Assembly (NCBI RefSeq): GCF_030144855.1
Contig: NC_082715.1
Location: forward strand, 91,884,001-91,948,000
Direction of reading: 5' to 3'
Length of the DNA: 64,000 nucleotides
From: Hypanus sabinus
Taxonomy: Eukaryota
The position numbers and the translations under genes are program-made. Below are positions 47,061-60,001 of the stretch, one piece after another. Each line of letters starts with the position of its first letter. Position 1 is the stretch's first letter. A model generated the notes under the pieces. That model saw nothing but the letters and a program-made list of their open reading frames with translations, was not told the DNA's origin and ran no database searches.

Positions 47061-48564
47061 TAAATGCAAGAAGTATTGTAGGAAATACAGATGAGCACAT
47101 GGCAAGGATCAACAGATGGAGTTATGATATTGCAGCCACTAGTGAGACTTGGTTGCAAAAGAGGCAGGATTGGTAGCTCAATTTGCTGGAGTTCTGTTGT
47201 TTTAGTTGTGACAGAGCAGGAGGGATCAAAGGGGAAGAGGTGGAATTACTAGTCAGGGAAAATGACACAGCAACGTTCAGCCAGGAAAGATTGGGGAACT
47301 TTTCTAGTGAGGCTTTATTAATGGAACTGAGGAATAAGGAATGTATGACCATGTAATGGGGCTTCATTATAACCACCAAAGAGTTTATGGGATTTAGAGG
47401 AACAAATTTGTTGAGAGTTCGCAGTCTGTTGCAAGAAACATAAGGTTGTGATAGTAGCTGATTTTAACTTTCCACATATTGACTGGGACTCCCATTCTGT
47501 TAAAGGACAAGATGGAAGGGAGTTTCTCAAATGTTTTTAGGAAAATTTCCTTATTCAGTACATAGATGCCCCAACAGGAGAGTGTGTGATACTTGATTTG
47601 CTGTTAAGCAATGAGACTGGGCAGGTGATAGAAGTTTGTACTGGGGAACACTTTGCATCTAATGATCATAATGTCATCAAATTCAAGGTCATTATGGAAA
47701 AGGATAGGTCTGGTCCACAGGTTGAGATTCTAACTTGGAGAAGGTCAATCTTGTTGGTATTGAAAAGGATCTGGCAAGTGTGGATCAGGACTTTTGGCAA
47801 ATATGGACTTGGAAAGTGGAGGGCCTTCAAAAGTGATTTTTTTTGAGAGTACAACGCTCTAGGGCCTGTCAGAATAAAAGGTAAAGATAACAGGTTTAGG
47901 GAACCTTCCTTTTCAAGAGATTCTGAGGCCCTAGTTAAGAAATAAAAGAGGGGAATAGCAAGTAGAAACGAATGAGGTACTTAGGGAATATAAGAAATGC
48001 AAGAGAACAGAATAATGAAATCAGGAGGGGTAAAAGAATGCATGAGGTTGCCCTAGAATACAAGATGAATGAGAATCCTAAGGGCTTCTATAGATATGTC
48101 AGGAGGAGAAGGATTGCAAGGGACAAAATTGGTCCTCTAGAAGATCAGAATGATAATCAATGCTTGGAGCCGAAAGAGATGGGTGAAATTTTAAATCAAT
48201 GTTTTGCATCTGTATTTACTGAGGAGATGGATACAGAGAGTCTATAGAACTGAGGCAAAGCATCAGTGAGGGGTAGTTAGTGCTGAGGAAGCAATGTAGT
48301 TGTAGCAGGACTTAGGCAAATTGGAAGAATGGGCAAAAAGGTGGCAGATGGAATACCATATTGGGAAATGAATGATAAAGCATTTTGCTAAAAGGAACAT
48401 AGTGCAGACTATTATTATAATAGGGAGAAGTTTCAAACATCAGAGGTACAGAGGGATTTCAGAGTCCTTGTGCAAAGTCTCCCAGAAGTTTATTTACAGG
48501 TTGAGTCTGTGGTAAAGCAGGCAATTACAATGTGGCATTTATCGCAAAGGGAATGGAGGCAAAG

Positions 48565-49830
48565 CGAAGTCAAGATGGTGCTAAATAGTGATGCCTTTGC
48601 TTGCATCTTTGGAAACAGCTCTATTTTCTATCGTTAATATCTCTTTTTTACTTTTCAAGGATTCTTTTGAAGACCATGACCTGAAGTTACAATCTGACTT
48701 GGGTTCTTTGTGAATGGCTCTCAGGGCCTCACAAGGATGTGGCCTGGAAGACTAGTGTGCCTTCAGGGTTCTGGAATTTCATGGCTATGGAGAAGGGCTG
48801 ATTCTTGGCTGGTGCCCCTGACTGAAGCATCGTGAGAGAACATGGAACATCAAGAGTAGCAGGTTAGCTGCTGTGGGTTGAGAGTCCGGAGAGCTGCACC
48901 TTTTTGGTGCCAACTCTCTGAGTGTAGAGCTTGGAAAAAGTGACGCAACAGACTTTTAACATTGCAAATCAGCAAGTTGTTTGTTATGTCTCCCCTTGTT
49001 TGGTCAGGTCACTTGTCTGAGTGCTACTGGTACCATATAACCCAGTACTACTCGTCACATGGTCAACGACTAAACTGCCTCCCCCACCAGGCTTGCCTAG
49101 TGAGGATGGTGGCTAGACACCCTGCAGGACGAAAAACAAGACCTGTCAAAGAGCGGATGACCCCTCTCGTAGGGTCAACAGCCATCTAGCAAACACATGC
49201 CGTGAAGCGCGGAAAGGGCATCCCTTGCATCGAAGCTTGGTCTGGCCATTCACTGCAACAGAAATTCCCCCAGCTGTCTTGGACCCCACCGTGCCGCTGG
49301 ATCCGGAGGGGATGTCGAGAGGCTGGGTCTGGACCTGTGCAACCCCCTGCTCACCTAAAATCCATTCACACGCACACTGTTTCTTTCTAACTGAAATTAA
49401 CCATCATCATCCTATGGGATGGATAGCCATCATAGTAGTAATATGTCTCCCCTCTCACTGAGAAATGGGAACACCTCTTTTTCTTTATTAGGAAGAGAGA
49501 GAGCCTGTGGTATGCCAAATTATTGGTTGAATGAGTAGTTTTTGGGGTACTGCAAGTCTGTGTTTTTATTGATCCTTGCTGCACGCCTGAACGCTCAGTG
49601 GAGTGTATTGAAGGTTTTTTGCTGGTGGGGGTGGGGGGTGTCATTTCCTCGCTGCAGCTTGTGTATGGGAGGGGAGCTGGGGGGGCTTTGGGGTTCTAAC
49701 ATTTTAACTATCTTTCATTCGTTGGGGCATTCCACTGTTCTTGTGGATGGTTGTGAAGAAAAATCATTTCAGGATGTATATTGTATACATTTCTCTGACA
49801 TTAAATATAACTTTTGAAACCTATTGAATA
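48565..49830 (+). mobile_element. Non-coding retroposon starting AAGATGG, carrying a nested insert
   Basis: It interrupts CR1 between AAGGGAATGGA and AATAGAATATAA. Its 3' end is shared with 15360-15495 and 13233-13295. Confidence 0.6.
48997..49441 (+). mobile_element. 445-bp CpG-rich SINE-like insert with 12-bp TSD
   Basis: TATGTCTCCCCT at 48985-48996 and 49442-49453; tail CATCATAGTAGTAA; no recognisable ORF. Confidence 0.85.
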
Positions 49831-50424
49831 GAATATAATAGCAAGTAGATAATGCTGAGGCTTCATAAACCACTAGTCAGAACATAGTTGGAGCATCGTC
49901 AACAGTTTTGGGCCCCACATCTCAGAAAAGATGTGTGGTCATTAGAGAGAGTCCAGAGAAAGTTCACAAGGATGATTCTAGAAATGAAGGGGTTAAAATA
50001 TGAGGAGCTTTCAGCAGCTTTGGGTCTGTACTCTATGAAGAATTCCGAGGGATCTCATTGAAACCTACCAAATGTTAAAAGGAATAAATAGGGTGGATGT
50101 GGAGAGGATGCTTCCTATAGTGTGGTTATCCAGAACTAGGGGGCACTGGCTCAAAGTTGAGGGGTAACCTTTAAAACAGATGTAAGGAGGATTTTTTTTT
50201 TAGCTAGAGAGTAGTTGAATCTGTGGAATGCTCTGGAGGACAAGTTTGTGGGTATATTTAAGACAGAAGTTGACAGCTTCCTGATTGGTCAGGGCATCAA
50301 TGGATATGGTGAGAGGGCAGGTGTATAGGGTTGAGTGGGATCTGGTGTCAGCCATAACGGAATAGCAGAGCAGAGTCGATGGGCTGAAAGACCTAATTCT
50401 GCTCCTTTATCTTATGGTCTTACA

Positions 50425-52690
50425 GTATTTAGGTAGACAGGGACTAGTTAGGGATTTTCAGTATGGCTTTGTGTGTGTGGTAGGGTGTGTCTAAATAACC
50501 TTAAAGTGTTTTACAAGGATTTTACCAGAAAAGTTGATGAAGGCAAGGCTGTGGAAGATGTCTATATGGGCTTTAGCAACACATTTGACAAAGTCCCGCA
50601 TGGGATGTTGGTCAAGAAGTTTCAGTCACTCAGCATTCAGGGTGATGTAGTAAATAGGTTTTGTGGAAGAAGCCAGAGAGTGGTGGTAGATGGTTACATC
50701 ACTGACTCAAGGCTAATGACATCTCATAGAGGAAGAAGTATGCTAAAGGCCAGAAGACACAACCTTGGCAGACAAGAGAAGTCAAAACCAACATAAAAGC
50801 TAAATGCAGGGCATATAATAGAGCAAAAATAGTGAGAAGTTAGAGGATCTGGAAGCTTTGCAAAACCAATGGAAGGTATCTAAGAAAGTCATAAGAAGTG
50901 AAAAGGTGAAATATAAAGATAAGCTAGCCAATAATATTAAAGAGGATACCAAAAGTTTCTTCAGTTATATGAAGTGTTAAAGGAGACAAGAGCAGATAAT
51001 GGGTCACTGGAAAGTGACCCTCGAGTGGTAGTGATGCAGGACAAGGAAATGGCTTACAAACTGAGTAAGTATTTTGCACCACTCTTCAATTTGGAAGACA
51101 CTAGCAGTGTGCCAGACATTTGAGTGTGTCAGGGAGCAGAAGTGAGTGAATTTGCAATTACTGGGGAGAAGGAACTTGAGAAACTGAAAGGTCTGAAAGT
51201 TGGTAAGTCACCTGGACCAGATGGACTGCACTGAAAGGAGCAGCTGATGAGGCTGTGGAGGCACTAATAATAATCTTTCAAGAATCACTGGATTCTGGCA
51301 TAGTTCTGGAGGACTGGAAAATTCCAGTCTTGAAGAAGGGAGAGAGGCTAAAGAAAGGAAATTATAGGGCAGTTAGTCTGACCTCAGAGATTGGAAAGGT
51401 GCAGGAGTCAATTATTAAGGATGTTTTTTGGGGTAATTGGAGGCACATAACTGTACCTGACAGATCTGTTGGAGTTCTTTGAAGAAATAACAAGCAGGAT
51501 GGCAAGGGAGAATTGGTGATTGTATGCTAGGATATTCAGAAGGCCTTTGACAAGGTGTCACACATGAGACTGCTCAACAAGTTAAGAGCCCATGGTATTA
51601 CAGGAAAGATACGAGCATGGTTAGAGGATTGCTGATTGACAGGGGGCAAGAGTGGGAATAAAGTGAGTCTTGTTTGGTTGCTGCCAGTGACGTGAGGTTT
51701 TCCACGGTGGACTGTGTAGGGTCGTTTCTTTTTGTTTTATGTTAATGATTTGGATGATGGAATTAATGGCTTTGTGACCAATTTTCCAGATGATACAAAT
51801 ATAAGTGGAGGGGCAGGTAGTGTTGAGGAAGCAGAGAGGGGCAGAAGGACTTAGTCAGATAAAGAGAATGGGCAAAGAAATAGTGGATGGAATACAGTGT
51901 TGGGAAGTGTATAGTCATACACGTTGGAGGCAGAAATAAAAACGTAGTCTATTTTCTAAATGGACAGGAAATCCAGAAATCTGATGAGCAAAGGGTCTTA
52001 GGAGCCCTCCTGCTGTATTCCCTAAAGGTTAATTTGCAGGTTGATTTGGTGATGAGGAATGCAAATGCGAATTTTCCATTCATTTTTCAGAGGACTAGAA
52101 TATAACAGTAAGAAGCACTGGTGAGGCCTTACTTGGAGTATTGTGAGCAGTTTTGGGCCCCTAATCTAAGAAAGATTTTGCTGACATTGGAGAGGGTTCA
52201 AAGGAGGTTCATAAAAATGATTCTGGGTTGAAAGGCTTATCATATGAAGAGTGTTTGATGGCTCTGGATCTGTACGCACTTGAATTCAGAAGAATGAGGG
52301 GGGATCTTATTGAAATTTATTGAATGTTGAAAGGCTTTGATAGACTGGATCTGGAGAGGATGTCTCCTATGCTGAGAGAGAGTCCAGGACTAGAGGACAC
52401 AGCCTTAGAATAGAGGGATGTCTATTTATAATGGACATGAGGAGGGATTACTTTAGCCAGAGACTAGTGAATCTGTAGAATTTATTGATACAGATGGCTA
52501 TGGAGGCCAAGTCACTTGGTATGTATAAAGCAGAGGCTGATAGATTCTTGATTAGTCGAGGTATGAGGGAATATGGGGAGAAGGCAGGAGATTGGGACAG
52601 AGAGCAAACTGGACTAGTAATGATGAGAGGGCAGAGCTGATTCGATGGGCCAAGTGGTGTAACTCTGCTCCTATACTTTATGGTCTTATA
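50425..52690 (+). mobile_element. CR1 ORF2 remnants (two subfamilies abutting near 50725)
   Basis: TRKVDEGKAV.DVYM.FS.TFDKVPH; EALIIIFQESLDSGIV.EDWK..KGNYR.VSLTS; MEYSVGKC.V.H.G.RN. Tail TATGGTCTTATA at 52690. Confidence 0.88.
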
Positions 52691-54059
52691 AATAATGTAC
52701 CACAAAGGGCCCAGTACTGATGTTCATGACACCCTACTATTCACAGGCCTGCAGCCCGAAAAACAATCTTTTACCATCAGCCACTGCTTCCATTCAAGTC
52801 AATTGTGTCTGCTCTAAGCTAGCTCTCCCTGGATCCCATGTGATCTATCCTTCTAGATTAGCTTTCCATCCAGATCTTATCAAAGACCTTATCGACAACA
52901 TCCACCGCTCTGCTCTCATCCATCCCCTTCTATGCACAAACCATGCTGACCATCCCTAATCAGTCCTTATTTATCCAAACACTGCTAAATCCTGTCACTC
53001 AGAATCAGCTCATGTAACTTGTCCACTTCTGACATTGGCCTCTGGATCCCTGGATCATGTTTGCCACTGTTCGTTTAAATGACCGTCAAACATTAGCCAG
53101 CCTCCAATCTTGTGGCTGAAGATGACACAATACCACTGTAAGGGCCTCCATAAATTGCTTCTTGGCCTCCCACAAAGTTTGAGGATGCACTTGGTCAGGC
53201 CTTGACCACTTTATGGACTGTCAATTCTCATCTTCAGTGTTAGGAAGCAAAGAAGAAATTCTTATTTTTAAAAATCAAAGTAGTTCAATGATTTTAATTA
53301 TTTATACAGTATGTTCTTAACTACTTCTAATAACATCATATTTTCATTTTTTAAATATTCATTAGTTACATCACTTTGAATTGTTTTGAGATTACAAGGA
53401 CTCTTAAAGCTATTAACTTATGCTCACAGTTTTACAGTTTTTATTGTGTTCTTCGATTCTTATATTTTTGATCCAAGGTTCTTTCAGAAGTCAAGAAAGA
53501 GGCATAAAACTTGTTTCTTCATGATATTTTTATTAAACACTAATAAAGCAAAGAGAATTAGAAATGGGAAAAAGCAGAGGTTTAACAGGGGAGGGAAAAG
53601 AAGAAACAAAGATGGCAGGTCAATGTGTTCAGCACTTCTTATATACCATAGATAAGATACATTCTATTCAAATTTGTAGATAAGAGTTAACCAATCAGAT
53701 AGCTCCTATTCAAATAATGTGATACCAAGAAGCATTCAGAATGAGACAGAATGTAACCATTAGGGCACACACTGAACAATTGCATATACTTATTGTGACC
53801 ACCAGGAAACAATAAATAGTTACATGTGCATAGGTAATTATATAACATACAAACAAGTGTAAATGTTTAAACTGCAAAAGAAAATAACAATTATACTGAC
53901 TAATCTAACACTGTAGTGCAGTTGATGATAGGTGTTAAAAGCTGCCAATGCTATCAGGGAAAATTAAGTAAGGATTTTCATGCTAAACAATCACAGGCTC
54001 TGCCTTCTGTTATGGCTGGACACTTTTAAGCAATAAAATTATCTTCTGCATGTGGACAT

Positions 54060-54330
54060 AATTAAACTGCAGGTGGCGATTCTATGCAAAGTTGCCTCTC
54101 ATGAGAACACAAAAATCATATGGCACTATTTTGATGAAAAGCAAGGGAGTTATCCCTGATGTCCTGACCTATATTTATCACTCAATCAAAGTTTTGAGAC
54201 AGATTACCTGACCACCATCACCTGCATTTCCTGCGTTACAAGAGTAGAACTTTGTAAATATTCTCTGGCGTTCAGCATTTTGGATGTCTTAAAAGGGATG
54301 TGAACAATATTGCAAATCTTTTGGTTTCTT
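54060..54330 (+). mobile_element. Deu-domain SINE relic (SacSINE1/AmnSINE-like)
   Basis: AAAAATCATATGGCACTATTTTGATGAAAAGCAAGGGAGTTATCCCTGATGTCCTGACCTATATTTATCACTCAATCAA matches the recalled Deu core ATCCCATGGCACTATT.GAAGAAGAGCAGGGGAGTT.TCCCCGGTGTCCTGGCCAA. Confidence 0.7.
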
Positions 54331-54764
54331 TTAATTTATCGGAGTCTCTTTTGACCAGAAATAATTTTATTTCAATCTTAATCAACTATACTATTCATTT
54401 AATTAGTCTATTAGAAATGAAAAGTTAACTATTAGTTAGCTACATATTTTTCTATGAATTTACTTATTTTTCTGTATTTTTACTATGAATTTACTTATTT
54501 AGTTTAGTTCTGTGCTATACGTGATAAAAGCCTCCCTTTTGTCTAACTTTAATCTGCATTTTTTGTCACCCAGAGAGCGCTAACTCTAGGTAATGTATTT
54601 TTCCCTTCAGGAAATCTGTCTAGTTTGTGTCCAAACTATCTTTTTTCTGGAAGTATTTCATTTTTCAATTACTTTTTTGTTTGCTAAACCTCAATTCCAT
54701 TCCACCTGGGCTGGACTGCATATCAGTGGTCTAAAATTAATACTCTGCTAGTAGAAAAATGTGG

Positions 54765-55025
54765 TGGTTAAGATGTTGGATAAGTAACAAGGAGGACTGA
54801 ACAGTGATCTGGAGATGTGGCAGGTGGGGAATTTGAATTCAAGTAATTATACAAATTTGCAATAGAAAGCAAATCTCAGCAGTATTGACTCAGAAACTAC
54901 CATTTTGCTTAATAAAAAATAACATCTGGTTCACTAATGAGCTTTAGGAAAAGAAATCTGGCATCCTAGCCAGTATTGGGCTGTATGGGAGCCCACAGTT
55001 CCAGCAATGTGGTTGACCCTTAACT
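54765..55025 (+). mobile_element. Old SINE-like repeat
   Basis: CATCTGGTTCACTAATGAGCTTTAGGAAAAGAAATCTG...CAGCAATGTGGTTGACCCTTAAC; a second copy lies at 15540-15740(-). Confidence 0.55.
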
Positions 55026-55054
55026 TTAGAAATGTAACCTTTCTTTCCTATCTA

Positions 55055-55446
55055 GATGCATCACAATTTGCTATGGCAACTGTCTGTCTTATGACTGCAA
55101 GAAACTACAAAGAATTATGGACACAGCTCAACACTTCACAGAAACCATTCTCCTCTCCATGGACTTTGACTACACTACTTGCTGCTTCAGTAAAGCAGCC
55201 AATCAAAGACCTCACCGCCCCCAAACTTTCTCTCTTCTCCCCCCTCCCATCAGATGGAAGATAAAAAAGCCTGAAGCTTATTGACTACCTGCACTGCACT
55301 TCTCTGTAACTGCAGCACTTTATTCTGTATTCTCCTACTATTTTTCCTTGTACTACCTCAATGCACTGCTGTAATGAAATACAATAATACAGTATGCATG
55401 GCATACTATAAAAGTTTTCCACTTTACCTCAGTACATGTGACAATA
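55055..55446 (+). mobile_element. Rex-like LINE 3' end
   Basis: CIT.CYGNC...DCKKLQRI..TAQH..PKLSLFSPLPSDGR. The UTR is shared with 5255-5350 and 20840-21010. The tail is split by a CR1 insert. Confidence 0.7.
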
Positions 55447-55797
55447 TAGAAACCCGGAAAACCTATAGCATAACACAGGCCCTTCGGCCCACAAAGCTGT
55501 GCCGAACATGTCCTTACCTTGGAAATGACCTAAGGTTACCCATACCCCTCTGTTTTTCTGAGCCCCATGTACCTATCCAGGAGTCTCTTAAAAGACCCTA
55601 TCATATCCACCTCCACCACCATCACTGGCATCCCATTCCATGCACTCACCACTCTCTGCATAAAAAACTTATCCCAACATCTCCTCTGTATCTATTTCTA
55701 GTCACCTTAAAACTGTTCCCTCTTGTGCTAGCCATTTCAGCTCTGGGAAAAAGCCTCTATCTATCCACACGATCAATGCCTCTCATTATCTTATACA
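55447..55797 (-). mobile_element. CR1 3' fragment
   Basis: Aligns end to end with 4252-4603. Confidence 0.88.
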
Positions 55798-55893
55798 AAT
55801 TAATAAACCAATTTGTCAGTTTTCCTACTTTGAACAATGTCCCACTGTTGTACTTAATTTTCCTGATCTGGAGCAATCTTTTTTGGACTAGAA

Positions 55894-56944
55894 CAGGCAT
55901 GGGCAAACTACGGCCCGCGGGCCATATGCGGCCCATTAAGCTTTTTAATCCGGCCTGCAGAACTTGATGAAATTATATTAATAAACCTTGTTAACGTTTT
56001 TTCCCCACAATTCTGACGTTTTCCCAATAGTTGACGCAATCTATATACATTGACCTTTGTTGAGGTGCAGCGTATTACTCCACATTTGCACTTTACTCTT
56101 TGTTCAGCTCGACCTATTTGTGTGAACAGGCGTTCAGCGTCATGAACATCAACAAAGCCAGCCACAGATCCAAGTTAACTGACCAACACCTCAGATCCAT
56201 CCGGAGAATCGTCACAACAAAACTAAATCCAGACTTTGATGCGCTGGCTAAAAAGGGAGACCAACAACACTGTTCCCACTGAAATTAAAAATAAGTTTCT
56301 TCATTGTGTTATGTAAAAAATGCATTTGAAAATATTTTTTTCAATAAGCCTTACATGTTACATGTCATTTCTGTTAAATGATGGACATGAGTAGTGCGCA
56401 GGTGCACGTACGTTCTCAAAATAAAAAATGCGCTCCAGATCAAATAACGTGCTCCGCATACTGGCGCGCTGTTACTGTTCTGTCTTTGTGCTGGTCGTTG
56501 TTGAGTTTTGGCACAGGGGACAATTGAATAAGAAGGAGCAGGACAAGTAGACCTGCATCTCCTACCATTTTTGAAATAAAGACAGTCAGGAGGAGAGTGA
56601 TGATGATAATATCTTGAAGGATAACAGAACTTACTCTGCTTTAAAATAATAACTGTTACTATTAAAAAAAGCTGTATTTTATTCATTTAATTTTCAGTGT
56701 TTTAAAAGTCATTTCAATAAACAGCTAAATACCATGGGACTTCAAAGACAGGTATTTTGTTGTAATGCATTTGTTCATTTTCAATTGAAATTAAAGCACA
56801 TGTTTTCTACATATCCCATGATATTTTATTTTCTCTTATGAGGTGTATTACCAAAACACTCCGTCCATCTGCTCCTGGTCCAGCCCCCCTGTCAAATTTT
56901 AGAACCCTTTGTGGCCCACAAGTCAAAAAGTTTGCCCACCCTTG
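55894..56944 (+). mobile_element. hAT (Charlie/SPIN/GTF2IRD2-like) non-autonomous DNA transposon
   Basis: TIRs CAGGCATGGGCAAACT and AGTTTGCCCACCCTTG, with a perfect 8-bp TSD GACTAGAA (55886-55893, 56945-56952). Transposase C-terminal remnant FSSTYLCEQAFSVMNINK..HRSKLTDQHL...R......PDFD.L.....QHCSH* at 56100-56282. Confidence 0.95.
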
Positions 56945-58419
56945 GACTAGAACCATAATAATGCTTTAGAATTCCTCTTCCATTTCTCTCTTTTCTGAGT
57001 CTATCCCAATAAGGTCTTTTTAAAATCTCAATTATAAGTACACTGCACTTCTTGCCTCCAAAAGAGGAACAACAAGATAGAAATACAAAAGAAACAAAAA
57101 GAGCAATGTCAGCAATTGCTATAGATTTCATGAGGACTTCAAACAGGCTTGAAATGCATGTTAGATCAACAGCATCTTCTAATCACATTGGATCAGTTAA
57201 TAGGTTGATGACATGGGATGTTGTCACCATGAATGGAATTGAACTGCAAGCATATGATTCGATCGTGGCAAAATTTTACATTATTAATTCAAAACCATCA
57301 AAGAAATCAAATTCCAATACAAAACACAGCCATAAGTTGAGTGTAAAATGGATTGAAACCTGATGTAAAATACTGCTGCCCATTTGATTAATCAATCGTT
57401 CCATTTTCTACAAATGTGTAAAAAATTACCCTATTTTTTCTAAATCTAGCTTATTGCTTTCTCCTGACCACAGATGAATATGCTAGGAAGAAAAGCATAA
57501 CCATTTTAACACTAAACTGAGTGTCGTTTAGATTTATTTTTTGTCTGTGAAGACTGTTATTTCTAAGGAGAGGCAGTTCAAGTGAAGAGATATGTATTTC
57601 AAATTTTCAAATATCGTCCCCACACAATCTAGAACATTGATTAATTGATCTTTAATTCACATAGAGCTTTCTCTGTTCTATACTTATCAGAGAAAAAATG
57701 AATCTACTATTTGCTGATAGCTTCTGATAGTCTGCAAGGCATAGCTTGGCACTTCTTCCCTGGCACATGAGATTCCCTCATTTGATTTGCTTGACAGTTA
57801 TATCCAGTCATTATTTCTTTGCTTCTTCTTCACTATCAGTAACTACAGGGTTTAATCTTCAGCATTTTCAATATAACCATCTTGTTATCATTCGAGGCTT
57901 TCAAAAAGCCTTCCAATATGTGCCATTTTTTATCAAATCACTCTACCCCCATATGGGAAGTGTCAGTCCATCAGCACCCAGATTCTGATGCGACATGTGA
58001 AGATGTATTCGCTGTTACATCCTTTGCAGTTCTAGCTTCTCAGATTTGTATTGCCAGTCTTCTGGAAGTATGTTTAGAATAATAGATTAACTTCCTGTAT
58101 AATTCACAGAAAACAGTTCAAATAACTGATTATAAAATAAGAGACAGGAGTTGCACATGTCAATAGCACACGGAGATCAAAATACATGTGCAGATCTGGG
58201 AAATCTGAAGTAAAAGCAGAGGATACTGGAAACGTTCAGCAGACCATGTGGAAAGAAAGTCCAGTAAAGGTTCCCCAATCTGGAGTATTTACAGCTTCTC
58301 TTTCCACAGATGTTGCCTTACATGTTGAGTGCTTCCAGCATTTCTGTTTTCATTTGACACAAATCAAGCTAAAATTAGAGTTATGAACATTACTCCTAGA
58401 TAATTTATGAAGTTATGGA

Positions 58420-58765
58420 ATCCTAGTGTGACAGAGACTCATAACATGGAAACACGCCCTTCAGCCATACTCATCTATGTTGATCAAAGTGTCGATCTAA
58501 GCAAATTCCATTCCTCTGCATTTTCCTGCAGTTCCCTCTCTTCCTTTCCTACACATGTAACTGTTCAAATATCTTTAAAACATTGCAATTGTATCTACCT
58601 CCACTGCCTCCTCTGGCAGCTTTTCCCATGTAGCCACCACCCTCTGTGTGAAAACAGGCCTTATAGATCTCCTCTAAATCTTTCCAATCTCACCTTAAAT
58701 CTATGTCCTCTAATTTTAGACTCCCATAGTCTGGGGGAAAAGGTTGTGACTATCTACTTTATCCA
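58420..58765 (-). mobile_element. Old CR1 3' fragment
   Basis: Same 3' region as 4252-4607, more diverged (CACCACCCTCTGTGTGAAAA..CACCTTAAATCTATGTCCTCT). Confidence 0.7.
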
Positions 58766-58978
58766 TTCCCCTCAGGGAAGGCAACAAAATAAATGCCTTA
58801 TTAATGTGGAAGCTATAAATATGGATACCAAGATCCTACCATATGTTAACAATTCTGAGCCCTCAGACACTTACTATTTATGCCCGGCCAGAGTTGGATG
58901 ACCTAAGATGCAATACCTCCCACTTGTCTGGATTAAATTTGATCTGCCACCATTTTACTAAATTTTCAGCTGACCTAT

Positions 58979-60001
58979 TGTCATAAGGGGGGCATTGGGA
59001 GCGGACCTAAATGCACAGACCTAAATGCAAATGCACTATCAGGAACAGGACTAGGCATGAGAAGAAAGCAAGGGAAGTGAGGAAGAAAGGATACTGGACA
59101 TGCCACTGCTCCTGGATGAGACAAGGTTTATGGGGCTGGGCTAGGACTTGACTAGGATAGTGGAACCAGGGCATGGAACTGGGAACTAGGAGCCTGGGCT
59201 TGGACTTCAAGCCAGAGACTGGGCAAGGACCCAGAACCTGTCTTGACTCAGTCTCAGACTCCAGAACCAGGTGAGGTCAAGGTGTGGCTAGAGGATGAGG
59301 AGAGGCAACAGGACTGGACGTGAAACTCCTGGACAGGACAAGGGAACCCCAGCGCCAGGCTGGGCAAGGTACTCCTGGGCTGGGCGAGGCACATGGACAA
59401 GATGAGAACACAAAGCCATAGCTTGGACAGGACAAGGTTCTTGGATGTGGCTAGGACTGGATGACACCCCAAAGCCTTGACTTGGTCAAGGAAGAGACAG
59501 GAACGCAGAGCCTTAGTTGAGGAAGAGACAGGAACATGGAACACAGAGCCAGGACACCTCCTAGGAAACAGGACGTAGGGCCAGGACTCATTACACAGAA
59601 CACAGAGTCGGGACCCCTCCTTGTGTACAGGACGTAGGGCCAGGACTCATTACACAGAATGCAGAATACAATGAGACAGTTCGCAACACAAAGTAGCGGC
59701 AGACAGCCGGACCTACCTAGTGAAGGCGTGGGCACAGAGACAGTTCAAAACAACAAAAGACATTTCCTTATCTTGCTCTAGTAGTTGAACTTACAGCAGT
59801 GAAGTCAAGGCTGGTGAAGGGAAGGGATACAGACGGGGGGTTAGGACAGGAATAATCCAGAGCCAGAAGCTGAATCCTGAAGCTATTTATGAAACCAACC
59901 CAAAAGAGAATCATAAACTGGGGAAAACTGGAAAACCTGGAATAAGGAGCATGGACTGGACCGTGAACCGGAATGCGGACTTTACAGATCGGACCATGAC
60001 A
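58979..60001 (-). mobile_element. Solo LTR (1023 bp) with 5-bp TSD
   Basis: TGTCAT...ATGACA termini and CCTAT at 58974-58978 and 60002-60006. Internal ~59-bp direct repeat at 59545-59660. Strand is inferred from composition. Confidence 0.88.

Larger units (their letters stand above)
45520..48270 (+). mobile_element. CR1 5' half (ORF1 SGNH-esterase-like domain and APE endonuclease), twice interrupted
   Basis: QPELVVQV.T..IGRKSDEVL | RVVISGL..VPHASE.R.RKI.QFNTWLRSWCRREG.RFLDH; VLSCIY | NARSIVG..SETWL; DFNFPHIDWD; ILDLLLSNE..GEHFASNDHN; NPKGFYRYVR. Confidence 0.85.
48270..50422 (+). mobile_element. CR1 3' part interrupted by the 48565-49830 insertion
   Basis: DLGKLEEWAKRWQMEY before the insert; LVRT.LE...QFWAPHLRKDV..LERVQR.FTRMI after it. 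Tail CTTATGGTCTTA. Confidence 0.8.

Noticed and set aside
55281-55967. 228-aa ORF
   Set aside because: A chance read-through across a Rex UTR, an antisense CR1 and a hAT end.
56100-56282. Exon of domesticated GTF2IRD2/ZBED-type gene
   Set aside because: It lies between TIRs with a perfect 8-bp TSD, so it is a transposon remnant.
59490-59660. CRISPR-like repeat-spacer pattern
   Set aside because: Only two copies per unit, the intervening sequences are related, it lies inside a eukaryotic LTR, and there are no cas genes.
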